A stretch of DNA of 64,000 nt from Parcubacteria group bacterium. Lineage in GTDB: Bacteria > Patescibacteriota > Minisyncoccia > SW-4-49-11. This document shows positions 9,489 through 18,339 of this stretch, in pieces. The stretch covers positions 60,726 to 124,725 of the forward strand of contig CALRBF010000002.1 in the NCBI GenBank assembly GCA_943354045.1, read 5' to 3'. The notes under the pieces were generated by a model that worked only from the letters and a program-made list of their open reading frames with translations, was not told the origin of the DNA and searched no databases. Made by a program: the position numbers and the translations under genes. Within the stretch, counting starts at the first letter, position 1. The number at the start of each line of letters is the position of its first letter.

Positions 9489-10104
9489 AAGACAAGATTT
9501 TTATTTCTTTTAAAATAATATCTACTCCGTCTTCAACGGTAAGAGTATCGGTATCAATTTCAATCGCATCATCAGCTTTTTTGAGAGGAGAATGTTCTCT
9601 CTCAATATCTTGACGGTCACGCTCAGCAATTGAGTATTTAATATGCTCCAAATCTGCCTCTATGCCGGCTTTTTGTAATTGGCTATATCTTCGCTGAGCG
9701 CGTATATCGAGAGAGGCTGTAAAATAAAATTTATAGTCTGCTTCGGGGAATACCACTGTTCCAATATCTCGCCCCTCCACTACAATATCTTTTCCCTTTG
9801 CAAATTCACGCTGAATATTTAAAACCTTATCTCTAATTTCTGGTATCTTTGCAATTGTAGCTACATTATCTGAGACATCTTGATTTTTTAGCACACTATA
9901 ATCAATAGTATTATAATCTAAATCTTCAGCTAATGTTATCAAAACATCTGAGTCTCTAAGATTTAGATGTTGATTTAGAGCATTATACGTAATCCATCGA
10001 TACAAAGAGCCAGAATTGAGATGATAATATCCTAATCGTTTTGCCAGTGACTGAGCGGTACTGGTCTTTCCTGTTCCTCCTGTCCCGTCGATTGTGATAA
10101 TCAT
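9487..10104 (-). CDS. cmk: Cytidylate kinase
   Basis: MIITIDGTGGTGKTSTAQSLAKRLGYYHLNSGSLYR P-loop and CMP-binding pattern. Confidence 0.9.
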   Translation of the reverse strand: MIITIDGTGGTGKTSTAQSLAKRLGYYHLNSGSLYRWITYNALNQHLNLRDSDVLITLAEDLDYNTIDYSVLKNQDVSDNVATIAKIPEIRDKVLNIQREFAKGKDIVVEGRDIGTVVFPEADYKFYFTASLDIRAQRRYSQLQKAGIEADLEHIKYSIAERDRQDIEREHSPLKKADDAIEIDTDTLTVEDGVDIILKEIKILS

Positions 10105-10182
10105 ACTATCTTCATATTAATTTTTAGACATTTTATATAAGATATCATAATATAGATGAATTGTCTAAAGTTTATCCCTCGC

Positions 10183-10896
10183 CTATAATGGAACTTCTAT
10201 TAATATAAACTCAGCATTTTGAATTGCCTTAATATGAATTCCAGTATCAATATCCCATATACCAATTGCATCTCTTGTATGTAATTCTTGATTATTTACC
10301 TTAATTACACCCGATATCACAAAAATATATATTCCATTTCCTGATTTTTTGAGAGTATATTCTAATTGTTTATACTCCTCTACATAAGCACGTTGAAACC
10401 AAGCATCCTGATACACTCCAATACCTTCTTCTCCCCTATCTATTGGGGATATAATTTGATGAAAAGCATTGGGCTTATCATATATATCAAAATATCTCTG
10501 CTCATAACGTGGCACTATATTCATTTTATTTGGGAGAACCCAAATTTGGAGTAAAGTTACAGCCTCATCACTATGAGCATTGAATTCACTATGGAATACT
10601 CCACTACCCGCACTCATAACCTGTATATCTCCAGGCTTTGATACGGCAATATTACCCATATTATCTTTATGCTCTAATCCCCCTGACAAAGGTATCGTAA
10701 TAATCTCCATATTATTATGGGGATGAGCTCCAAATCCCTTCCCTCCTGCTATACTATCATCATTGAGCACGCGCAAAGCCCCAAAACCCATACGATTTTC
10801 GTCGTAATATTCTGCAAAGCTAAAACTATAATGAGTTTTGAGCCAATCATAATCAGCTTTTCCCCGGGAATCAGATGTATATACTAGTGATTTCAT
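10183..10896 (-). CDS. Pirin-family cupin protein
   Basis: GFGAHPHNNMEIITIPLSGGLEHKD...GSGVFHSEFN. The start is chosen at MKSLVYTSDSRGKADYDW (10896), matching the pirin N-terminus, rather than the ORF-track 10941. Confidence 0.8.
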   Translation of the reverse strand: MKSLVYTSDSRGKADYDWLKTHYSFSFAEYYDENRMGFGALRVLNDDSIAGGKGFGAHPHNNMEIITIPLSGGLEHKDNMGNIAVSKPGDIQVMSAGSGVFHSEFNAHSDEAVTLLQIWVLPNKMNIVPRYEQRYFDIYDKPNAFHQIISPIDRGEEGIGVYQDAWFQRAYVEEYKQLEYTLKKSGNGIYIFVISGVIKVNNQELHTRDAIGIWDIDTGIHIKAIQNAEFILIEVPL

Positions 10897-10952
10897 ATAT
10901 ACTAAGTATATCATAAAAGAAAAAAGAGATGCCGTTGACATCTCCCTGTTGT

Positions 10953-11237
10953 CTAATTTTGGTATCCTGCCGCTATAAATATAGCTGAGGTGGTTATCAT
11001 CTGATAGGCATCATTGAAAGAAAGACTTCCTGGAGTGATCGTGCAAAAATTATCCCACAGACGACGGAATAGGTCAAAGTGATCTTGAATTCCCCCCACC
11101 ACATAGCCATATCCTGAAAAACGAGCCATCAGCGCGACAAAGACTGTCTCTTGACCTGCATTCCAATCATCCTGGCTTTCGACAATGGCTCTTGCCGTAG
11201 GAACAACTTGAGCTTTGTTGGTGATTTCAATAATCAT
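10953..11237 (-). CDS. Hypothetical protein (94 aa), higher-GC islet
   Basis: ORF only. GC about 44% against about 33% background. Confidence 0.35.
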   Translation of the reverse strand: MIIEITNKAQVVPTARAIVESQDDWNAGQETVFVALMARFSGYGYVVGGIQDHFDLFRRLWDNFCTITPGSLSFNDAYQMITTSAIFIAAGYQN

Positions 11238-11316
11238 TGTTTTTACAAGAACACCCTATAAAAATACGCTATTGTGACTATTTTGTCAATATGCATCAGC
11301 AAAGAAAAAGAGAGAC

Positions 11317-11712
11317 CTAGTTAGCCTCTCTGTCGACACTTGTTTCACATGGAGAAATTCCTTGTCTTTGTTGTAGTATTAACTTAGCATCACTTATATC
11401 TTCAGAACAATCACCCTTGAATCTACATTGCTTATACACATCTGCATGCTCTCGAGTAATTGGACCGTAACAATCTGTTTTCAATAAAGTGACAGCTTCA
11501 TCAAAAGAAAGACATCCAGGCTGGGCAATAGCAAGAATCTTATTGATACCTACATAAGTGCGCATTGTATCAATGACTTTATATCGTCGTGTTGGTTTTT
11601 CAACTGCAAATACAACTAAGCTAGCAAATGCTTGATGATGTGCTTCTGGACTATCAGGATAATTGAATTTTCCCCAAGCCAAAGCTGTTTCATGGTTTCC
11701 TGTTTCAGTCAT
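11317..11712 (-). CDS. Hypothetical protein (131 aa), higher-GC islet
   Basis: ORF only; no family recognised. Confidence 0.35.
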   Translation of the reverse strand: MTETGNHETALAWGKFNYPDSPEAHHQAFASLVVFAVEKPTRRYKVIDTMRTYVGINKILAIAQPGCLSFDEAVTLLKTDCYGPITREHADVYKQCRFKGDCSEDISDAKLILQQRQGISPCETSVDREAN

Positions 11713-11824
11713 TGATTTGAATGCAACAACTTTTTAAGAATATCCTAATACCAAATTGATGTCAATTCTATATTGATCAATCGCTCAATATTCTATATAC
11801 TAATACTATATTTATATTTCATTT

Positions 11825-12112
11825 ATGAATGCAAAAACAATAGCCCCAGGAGTAGTACATGATATCCCTGATGATTTGAGAGAATTATTGTTGAGTAATG
11901 ATGCCTTGCTTGAGAAATGGAATAATCTTACCGATCTTGCTCGTAATGAATGGATTTGTTATGTTGCCATAGTCAAAAAGCCAGAAACTCGAGACAATCA
12001 TCTTACCCGTCTATCTGAAGAATTACTTATGGGAGAAAAACGACCTTGTTGCTGGCCAGGTTGCCCACATCGCAGAGAAAGTGCTAAAAAGTGGTTTAAG
12101 AATTTGAAATAA
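11825..12112 (+). CDS. YdeI/OmpD-associated (OmdA) family protein
   Basis: IPDDLRELLLSNDALLEKWNNLTDLARNEWICYVAIVKKPETRDNHLTRLSEELLMG matches the OmdA pattern (P.DL...L......F..L....R.EY..W...AK..ETR..R). Confidence 0.55.
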   Translation: MNAKTIAPGVVHDIPDDLRELLLSNDALLEKWNNLTDLARNEWICYVAIVKKPETRDNHLTRLSEELLMGEKRPCCWPGCPHRRESAKKWFKNLK

Positions 12113-12135
12113 CTCTATAAGAAATATTCTATACT

Positions 12136-12420
12136 TTAGACATGAATACGATTATCTTCTAATATGTCTGTATCAATATATTCCTCATCATTATGTAAAT
12201 GCTCTTCTATATGTAATAATGTATGCTCTACATCAGGAATTATATCCTGTTCGAATACATTCTCATCTCTCATATCTTCGAGATCTTTAATTACATCACT
12301 CATCGCTACCTTAGCAGATACTGAGCTATGATGTAATATTGAAACTAGTGCAATTGCTATTAATACCGGAACTCTCAGTTGAGGTATGTTATTATCTATC
12401 CATTTCATAATATCTTCCAT
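12136..12420 (-). CDS. Hypothetical acidic protein with N-terminal TM segment
   Basis: ORF only. Confidence 0.3.
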   Translation of the reverse strand: MEDIMKWIDNNIPQLRVPVLIAIALVSILHHSSVSAKVAMSDVIKDLEDMRDENVFEQDIIPDVEHTLLHIEEHLHNDEEYIDTDILEDNRIHV

Positions 12421-12623
12421 TATCCTGTATAGAATACCAGTATATAGGTATACATATGAATTAAATGTGAATTATCAATATCAAGATTAGTCTCAATCAA
12501 ATTAATACTATTGGGAATAGCAAAAACATCAGAGAAATAGCAGATTTTATTCCAAAACTAATTTAATATGAGAATATATGTATCCAGAAAAATATGCCAA
12601 ACTCTTTTTTCATAGTATTATAA

Positions 12624-13091
12624 TTATCTATTCAAATAGGTTATACTCACTTGTAATATAGTTGCAAAGGAAACCCAGAGTAAATAAGGAATACTAATAT
12701 AAGTCACCCATCTCAGATACGGCCAAATAGCAATCATAGCCCAAATAAGTGTAATCAATATCAATATTATATCGATAGAGGCTAATAGATTATTCCTTAG
12801 CCCAAATTGCAAAGGAGAGAAAGCTGCATTGAATACCAAATTCAATACAAAAGGTAAAGCTACCATCCAAGGAATTCTCCCTATAGCCACCTGATAGAAA
12901 ACCGTACCGAAACTCGCAAATATAATCAGATACAATATAGACCATACCGATCCGAATAAATAGGAAGGAGGAGCCCAGGACGGTTTGATGAGATTTTCGT
13001 ACCAATTATATGTACCCATAGTAGAATAGTTACCTATTGAGTTTATTATACCACAAACAGAGAAATTATATCTTCTGTAAGAATAATTCAA
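12624..13091 (-). CDS. tspO: TspO/MBR family tryptophan-rich sensory protein
   Basis: WYENLIKPSWAPPSYLFGSVWSILYLII...five TM helices. The alternative start at 13019 would avoid a 26-nt overlap with gpx. Confidence 0.7.
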   Translation of the reverse strand: MNYSYRRYNFSVCGIINSIGNYSTMGTYNWYENLIKPSWAPPSYLFGSVWSILYLIIFASFGTVFYQVAIGRIPWMVALPFVLNLVFNAAFSPLQFGLRNNLLASIDIILILITLIWAMIAIWPYLRWVTYISIPYLLWVSFATILQVSITYLNR

Positions 13092-13551
13092 TATCTTTCT
13101 TTATATCCATTGGATTTGTCGTAGGAGCATAACGATTAATAGTAAGTCCATCGGCAGAAACTAAAAATTTAGTAAAATTCCACTTTATGGCATCGCCCAA
13201 AATACCTGAATTAGCATGCTCTTTTAGAAATATAAATACTGGATGAGTATTTTTACCATTTACATCAATTTTTTCTGAAAGTAAAAAAGTAACTCCATAA
13301 TTGATCTGACATACATTTACTACCGTTTCATTACTCTCAGGTTCTTGACCCGCAAATTGATTACAGGGAAAGCCAATAACGGTTAAGCCCTTATCTTTAT
13401 ACTCTTGATGCAATTTCTCCAGATCCACAAATTGCGGAGCTAGACCACATTTGGTTGCCGTATTGACAAGTAAAAGAACTCGATTCTGAAATTGTTGCAT
13501 AGGAATTATATTCCCCGCAGTATCGTTAAAAGAAAGATCATAGAGTGACAT
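13066..13551 (-). CDS. gpx: Glutathione peroxidase
   Basis: LLVNTATKCGLAPQF (catalytic Cys), GFPCNQFAGQEP, WNFTKFLV. Confidence 0.9.
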   Translation of the reverse strand: MSLYDLSFNDTAGNIIPMQQFQNRVLLLVNTATKCGLAPQFVDLEKLHQEYKDKGLTVIGFPCNQFAGQEPESNETVVNVCQINYGVTFLLSEKIDVNGKNTHPVFIFLKEHANSGILGDAIKWNFTKFLVSADGLTINRYAPTTNPMDIKKDIELFLQKI

Positions 13552-13673
13552 AGTATTGAGTTTAGATATTATATATTTGTATTATATCATAAAAAGGAAA
13601 ATGGCGGGGATTTGCTCCTATCCACCCTCACCCTACGGGTACTTCCTCCAAAGGGAGACAAAAAACAATATAC

Positions 13674-13798
13674 CCTTCCCGAGTTCGAATCTGATAACTC
13701 CTTAAGGATTTCATACATTAATATAAATAAGAGTAAGAGATTCGGTCACAGATAATTTACCTGACGGTAAATTAGTAAGAGATTGCGAACTCGTCGTA
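13674..13798 (+). repeat. Degenerate copies of the tRNA-Ser 3' region: R1a cccttcccgagttcgaat (13674-13691) and two tRNA 3'-end fragments (13735-13750, 13779-13798)
   Basis: The 18-mer R1 recurs exactly at 14687-14704. agagtaagagattcg and gtaagagatt(g)cgaactcg match the tRNA-Ser 3' end at 14762-14785. Confidence 0.6.
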
Positions 13799-13812
13799 TT
13801 CAACTATATAAC

Positions 13813-14595
13813 CTATTTGCTAGAATCCACCCAACCAAGTAAGTATGCTTCTCCTCGAGACGTCCAATCAACACTAGCTGCTGTTGTTAATTGTATTTGT
13901 CTCTGAAAAACACCTTTAGTCAAATAGGGTTTGTTTCCTATGTTATTTGTGTTCTTTGCTTTTACAAAACCTGAATCTAGTCTAGCCTCATCTGGAGAAA
14001 TAAGAGAATTAGAAATATAGAGTTTTTGAGCTTCTTCTAAAGAAAGTTTTGTATTTATCTTAGTTTTAGAATCATATAGATAAATCTCTACGTCTGATTC
14101 TGAAGAGTCAGATGCTAATTGATTATTATTTATTGAATATTTTTCATAATTACACACTGCTTTTTTTGCCTGAAAAAGATAGTCACCCCTAGATTTAGGA
14201 CATGACATATATACAAAATTATATTCGGTATTCACAAAAAAAGATAGTATACCTTGTGGGTACCCCCCAAACATAAGAAATATTAACCAATATCCAAAAA
14301 AACCCACTGATACTATGGTGATAGCAATAGATTGAAAGAGAACAGAAAGAGAATAAAATTTCAATAATAAATAACTACATATAACAACTATTGAAATAAT
14401 ACCTACTATAGTAGTTGCATATACTATATATGATATAGCTGATGCAACTACTAATATATGTAAAAGTATTATTACTAATACAATATTAATAAGAAATACT
14501 GATAAAGAATAAGGTTTCTTCTTTGATTTTTCTAACTGAGGAGCATATTCCCCTCCAAAATTATTTGTTTGGGCTATCTTATCTTGTTCTACCAT
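13813..14595 (-). CDS. Hypothetical membrane protein (4 TM N-terminal, soluble C-terminal half) inside the repeat-bracketed islet
   Basis: ORF of 260 aa; no family recognised. Confidence 0.45.
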   Translation of the reverse strand: MVEQDKIAQTNNFGGEYAPQLEKSKKKPYSLSVFLINIVLVIILLHILVVASAISYIVYATTIVGIISIVVICSYLLLKFYSLSVLFQSIAITIVSVGFFGYWLIFLMFGGYPQGILSFFVNTEYNFVYMSCPKSRGDYLFQAKKAVCNYEKYSINNNQLASDSSESDVEIYLYDSKTKINTKLSLEEAQKLYISNSLISPDEARLDSGFVKAKNTNNIGNKPYLTKGVFQRQIQLTTAASVDWTSRGEAYLLGWVDSSK

Positions 14596-14729
14596 AATTT
14601 TTATATTATATATAATTAAATTATATCATGTTAGCTCATAATAAGTAAGATATTACAACCTCATCGCAAATAGGATTTTCTCCCCTTCCCGAGTTCGAAT
14701 TTCTCTTTACTAACTCACGGAAATTAAAA

Positions 14730-14761
14730 ATGGAGGCAAATGCCCCCATTTTTAATTTTAG
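14730..14761 (-). terminator. Intrinsic terminator downstream of tRNA-Ser
   Basis: Minus-strand GGGGGC-AUUU-GCCUCC hairpin followed by AUUUUUAAUUU. Confidence 0.55.
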
Positions 14762-14847
14762 CGGAGAGTAAGAGATTCGAACTCTTGATACCTTTCGGTA
14801 TACACGCTTTCCAAGCGTGCGCACTAGACCAACTATGCGAACTCTCC
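14762..14847 (-). tRNA. tRNA-Ser (anticodon GGA), class II with long variable arm; CCA not encoded
   Basis: Manual fold. Acceptor GGAGAGT/ACTCTCC 7 bp, D-stem GCA/TGC. Anticodon stem CACGC/GCGTG with loop TTGGAAA. Variable arm ATACC-GAAA-GGTAT. T-arm AAGAG-TTCGAAT-CTCTT, discriminator G. Confidence 0.85.
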
Positions 14848-14931
14848 ATTATCTTGATTATTTTATCAGATATTTACTTTATTGACTAGAGTTATATATC
14901 AGTTTAATATAGATTTATACTAAATTATTTT

Positions 14932-15189
14932 ATGAATACACAAGATATTGTTATTACTATTGCCAGTATTATTATTTCTATCTCCCTAATCCCCCAAGTG
15001 ATATTAGGGTTTCAGACTAAAACTGGACCAGTAAGTTATTGGACTTCTATTCCCTATGCTCTATCGCTAACTGCTGTTGGTTTGTCTTTTGCGTCTCTGC
15101 AATTATGGTTATCTACTATTGTTACGGCTATTACGGTTATCTTGTGGTTTATTCTTGCTATTCAAAAATTTATTTATACAAAAAAATAA
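14932..15189 (+). CDS. SemiSWEET / PQ-loop sugar transporter (3-TM)
   Basis: 85 aa, three TM helices, PQ motif in TM1 (SLIPQVILGFQTK). Confidence 0.55.
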   Translation: MNTQDIVITIASIIISISLIPQVILGFQTKTGPVSYWTSIPYALSLTAVGLSFASLQLWLSTIVTAITVILWFILAIQKFIYTKK

Positions 15190-15306
15190 TATAGTAAAAA
15201 AAATCTCCTCTTTTTATTTAGCAATCTATTATTCTGTTTGCTAGAAACCTATATCTCGTATATACTGAGTACAGTAACTCTATTTAGTAATCAATTATCT
15301 ATCGAT

Positions 15307-18021
15307 ATGGATACATCCAATAAACCAGATGCATTAACAAAAATTGCCTTATTCTTCCTGAATAAATGGCGAATTACTGTTCTTTTATTAGTAGGTATTC
15401 TTGCAATTGGAACTGCGGCTTATACTACATTCCTCAAGCGTGAGGGTTTTCCCACTATTGAGATACCTGTTGCTCTTATTCAAACCCCCTATTTTGTCAA
15501 TGACAAGGGGCTTGTAGAGAAGGATATTACTCAGCCAATTGAATCAGCTATTGGAAGCATACAAGAGGTTAAAACGGTAACTTCTACTACTGCTGATAAT
15601 TTTTCTAATATTACGGTTGAATTTAAAGAAGGTACAACTTCTAAGGCTGGGGCAAAATTATTAGAAGATGCGGTGAATGGAATTAATTTACCAAAGGATA
15701 CAAAATCTTCTTTTGTCACTATTAATGCGGCTTCTTTTGATGGAGAGAATGATTTGGTATTTAGCTTAATTGGAAATGGGAAATCTACTCAAGAATTGCA
15801 AGATAAAGCAACTTTTGTTGCAAAGGAGATAGATGCAGTTAATTCAGTTACTCGAACAAATGTAATTGATTTACAAGAAGTTCAAACTAATCCTATTACC
15901 GGTGAATCTAATTTAGAGCAAATTAAATTTGGACGCTCAGCTCATCGTGCTGATGATAAATTAGTATTCTCTGATGCTATTCTGATTGGAGCTGTACGAG
16001 ATACTTCTACCGGAACTATTGAATTCTCACAGGCTATTCAAGACAAAGTTCAAAAGCTCAAAGATGCTGGAGACTTAGATGGATATGATGTGATATTTGG
16101 TGGTGGAGATGCTTCTAATTCACTAAAGGCTCAATTAACTCTGCTTCAAGAAAGTGCTATATCTGGGCTTATTGCAGTGATGATTATTTTGCTTCTGGTG
16201 GTCAATTGGAGAGCTTCTATTGTTATTGCGGTATTTATCCCTGTCTCTATTGCACTTACATCTCTTGGTTTATATTTGATTGGATATTCTCTTAATACTC
16301 TTACTTTATTTGGTCTTATTCTGGTTATTGGATTAATCGCAGATGATGCGATTCTGGTGATTGATGCTATTGATAATGCCCGTAAAGCGGGACACCGAGG
16401 TAAAAAGGCGGTAATTCATGCAATTAATACTGTTGGGCTGGCAGATATATCTGGAACTGTTACTACCATTCTTGCCTTCATTCCTATTGCTCTTGTATCT
16501 GGTACTTTAGGAGAATTCATTAAGCTTATTCCTATTACGGTTATTTTAACCTTGGCTTTATCTCTGATTGTCAGTCTTACTCTCATTCCTTTCTTTGCAA
16601 ACTTGGTATTACCTCATTATGAGGCTGAGACAGGAGTAAAAGTAAAGCGCAAAGGTATTAGTAAAGCATTGTATAATGTTCTCTATTTTGTTCCTGGTAT
16701 TATTGATTGGATTAATACTAAGGTATATCAGTATACTAATTGGTATCTTAATAATATATGGCGTAGTACTATAATATTTGTATTAACAATTGCTCTTATT
16801 GGTGGAGGACTATTCACTGCTAGCAAGCTCAAATTTGCTATTTTTGCCCCAGCTAAAGACACTAATGAGATTACTGTTACCTCTATATTAAAGGATAATC
16901 GTGATCTTCAGAAATCTATTGATACCACTAAGGAAATTGAGAAAATCATAAAGGATACCAATGCTGATTATATTGATGATATTACCTACTTTAATGCAGA
17001 TGCATCTGGTGTATTGATGTATATTACTCTTACACCTCTTGGGGAGCGAGAAAAAACTTCAGCTACTATTGTATCCGAGATTAATGATAAGATTGCCGAT
17101 AATGTAAAGCTCAAAGATTTGAAAGTCAAAGCAGGTATAGCTGGAGCTGGGCCTCCAACCGATGATTATCAGATTACTTTCCAAGTATTCTCCGACAATC
17201 AAAAAAATCTTGAGAACTCAACCAAAGAAATTAGAGACTTTATCAAAGATATCAAATTAGATGGTGGTGAAATCAAAGATGTCATTATCAATAATATTGA
17301 TACTATTACTCAAAAAGATGGACGACGCTATGCATCGGTACAGGTTGCTGTGTCTGACCCAGAGAATACCAATCTTGTATTAGAAGCACAAACCGCTATC
17401 AAGGATAAATTTGATACTGATGAATTCCGTTCTAAGTATAATTTAGCTAAAGATGGTGTTGCATTTGATTTAGGACAACAAGGAGAAAATCTTGACTCCT
17501 TCCAATCAGCGATATTTGCTCTTATTGCGGCTATTATCATTATGTATGTGCTCTTGGTATTACAATTCAATTCCTTGAGTCAACCTTTCCTCATCCTGAT
17601 GGCAGTACCATTCTCATTCCCTGGATTATTCTTTGGACTTTATTTGACCAATAATCCTTTGAGCTTCTTTGCCTTAATTGGTATTACGGGGCTAGTCGGT
17701 ATTGTAGTTAATAATACTATCCTCTTACTTGATTACTCAAATGCCGTCTTAGCAGAAACGGGATCTGTTCGGGAATCAATTTCTGGAGCAATCAAATATC
17801 GTTTCCGAGCTTTGATTACTACTTCTCTCTCAACTATTGTAGGAATACTTCCTCTCGCCTTTGCAGACCCATTCTGGGAAGGACTTGCCTATGCATTGGT
17901 ATTCGGACTTGCATCTAGTACCCTATTGGTAATATTTGCCTATCCGGTATTCTATGTTGCCTTGGCTCATACTCGACGATTTGTCTGGAGAAAAATATTC
18001 CGTAAAAAAGACTTTAATTAA
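15307..18021 (+). CDS. RND-superfamily efflux/exporter permease (AcrB/MMPL-like, 12 TM with two large periplasmic loops)
   Basis: TM5-6 region IADDAILVIDAIDNARKAGH...ADISGTVTTILAFIPIA matches the RND consensus. The ORF track uses TTG at 15238; the ATG at 15307 (MDTSNKPD...) is preferred. Confidence 0.8.
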   Translation: MDTSNKPDALTKIALFFLNKWRITVLLLVGILAIGTAAYTTFLKREGFPTIEIPVALIQTPYFVNDKGLVEKDITQPIESAIGSIQEVKTVTSTTADNFSNITVEFKEGTTSKAGAKLLEDAVNGINLPKDTKSSFVTINAASFDGENDLVFSLIGNGKSTQELQDKATFVAKEIDAVNSVTRTNVIDLQEVQTNPITGESNLEQIKFGRSAHRADDKLVFSDAILIGAVRDTSTGTIEFSQAIQDKVQKLKDAGDLDGYDVIFGGGDASNSLKAQLTLLQESAISGLIAVMIILLLVVNWRASIVIAVFIPVSIALTSLGLYLIGYSLNTLTLFGLILVIGLIADDAILVIDAIDNARKAGHRGKKAVIHAINTVGLADISGTVTTILAFIPIALVSGTLGEFIKLIPITVILTLALSLIVSLTLIPFFANLVLPHYEAETGVKVKRKGISKALYNVLYFVPGIIDWINTKVYQYTNWYLNNIWRSTIIFVLTIALIGGGLFTASKLKFAIFAPAKDTNEITVTSILKDNRDLQKSIDTTKEIEKIIKDTNADYIDDITYFNADASGVLMYITLTPLGEREKTSATIVSEINDKIADNVKLKDLKVKAGIAGAGPPTDDYQITFQVFSDNQKNLENSTKEIRDFIKDIKLDGGEIKDVIINNIDTITQKDGRRYASVQVAVSDPENTNLVLEAQTAIKDKFDTDEFRSKYNLAKDGVAFDLGQQGENLDSFQSAIFALIAAIIIMYVLLVLQFNSLSQPFLILMAVPFSFPGLFFGLYLTNNPLSFFALIGITGLVGIVVNNTILLLDYSNAVLAETGSVRESISGAIKYRFRALITTSLSTIVGILPLAFADPFWEGLAYALVFGLASSTLLVIFAYPVFYVALAHTRRFVWRKIFRKKDFN

Positions 18022-18288
18022 ATTGTAGGGGCGAACTTATAGTCGCCTACGTCCCTCCTCGAGAGGGAAATTTTCAAGCAATGTAACTCTAACATAAATA
18101 TATATATATTGTCCCTGCCTACCGGCAGGCAGGCCCCTTTCTACCTACGGCAGATAAATAAAGAGGGATGAGATATAAACTTGAACTCTATCCACCTCCG
18201 GCACTCCGTGCCACCCCCTCCTAAATAAATATAGGAGGGACTTAAAGCTCCTCCAAAGGAGGACGATATACCCATATACCCTTGTACC
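18022..18288. repeat. Cluster of short GC-rich hairpin repeats in AT-rich intergenic DNA
   Basis: gtaggggcgaac..gtcgcctac, ccctcctcgagaggg, cctgcctaccggcaggcagg, cctcctaaataaatataggagggac (close match to 31378-31405), ctcctccaaaggaggac. Confidence 0.5.
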
Positions 18289-18320
18289 AAAAAACCTGAG
18301 TTTTTATTCTCAGGCTTTTT
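18289..18320. terminator. Bidirectional intrinsic terminator between RND gene and fusA
   Basis: aaaaaa-cctgag-tttttatt-ctcagg-cttttt. Confidence 0.65.
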
Positions 18321-18339
18321 GGTTTATAGATTTACATTA

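Noticed and set aside
13674-13692. GAGTTCGAATC T-loop-like motifs at 13680 and 14691 as possible additional tRNA genes
   Set aside because: No acceptor, D or anticodon arms can be formed; interpreted as tRNA-derived fragments or repeats, not genes.
14636-14824. 62-aa minus-strand ORF
   Set aside because: Overlaps tRNA-Ser and its terminator hairpin; not coding.
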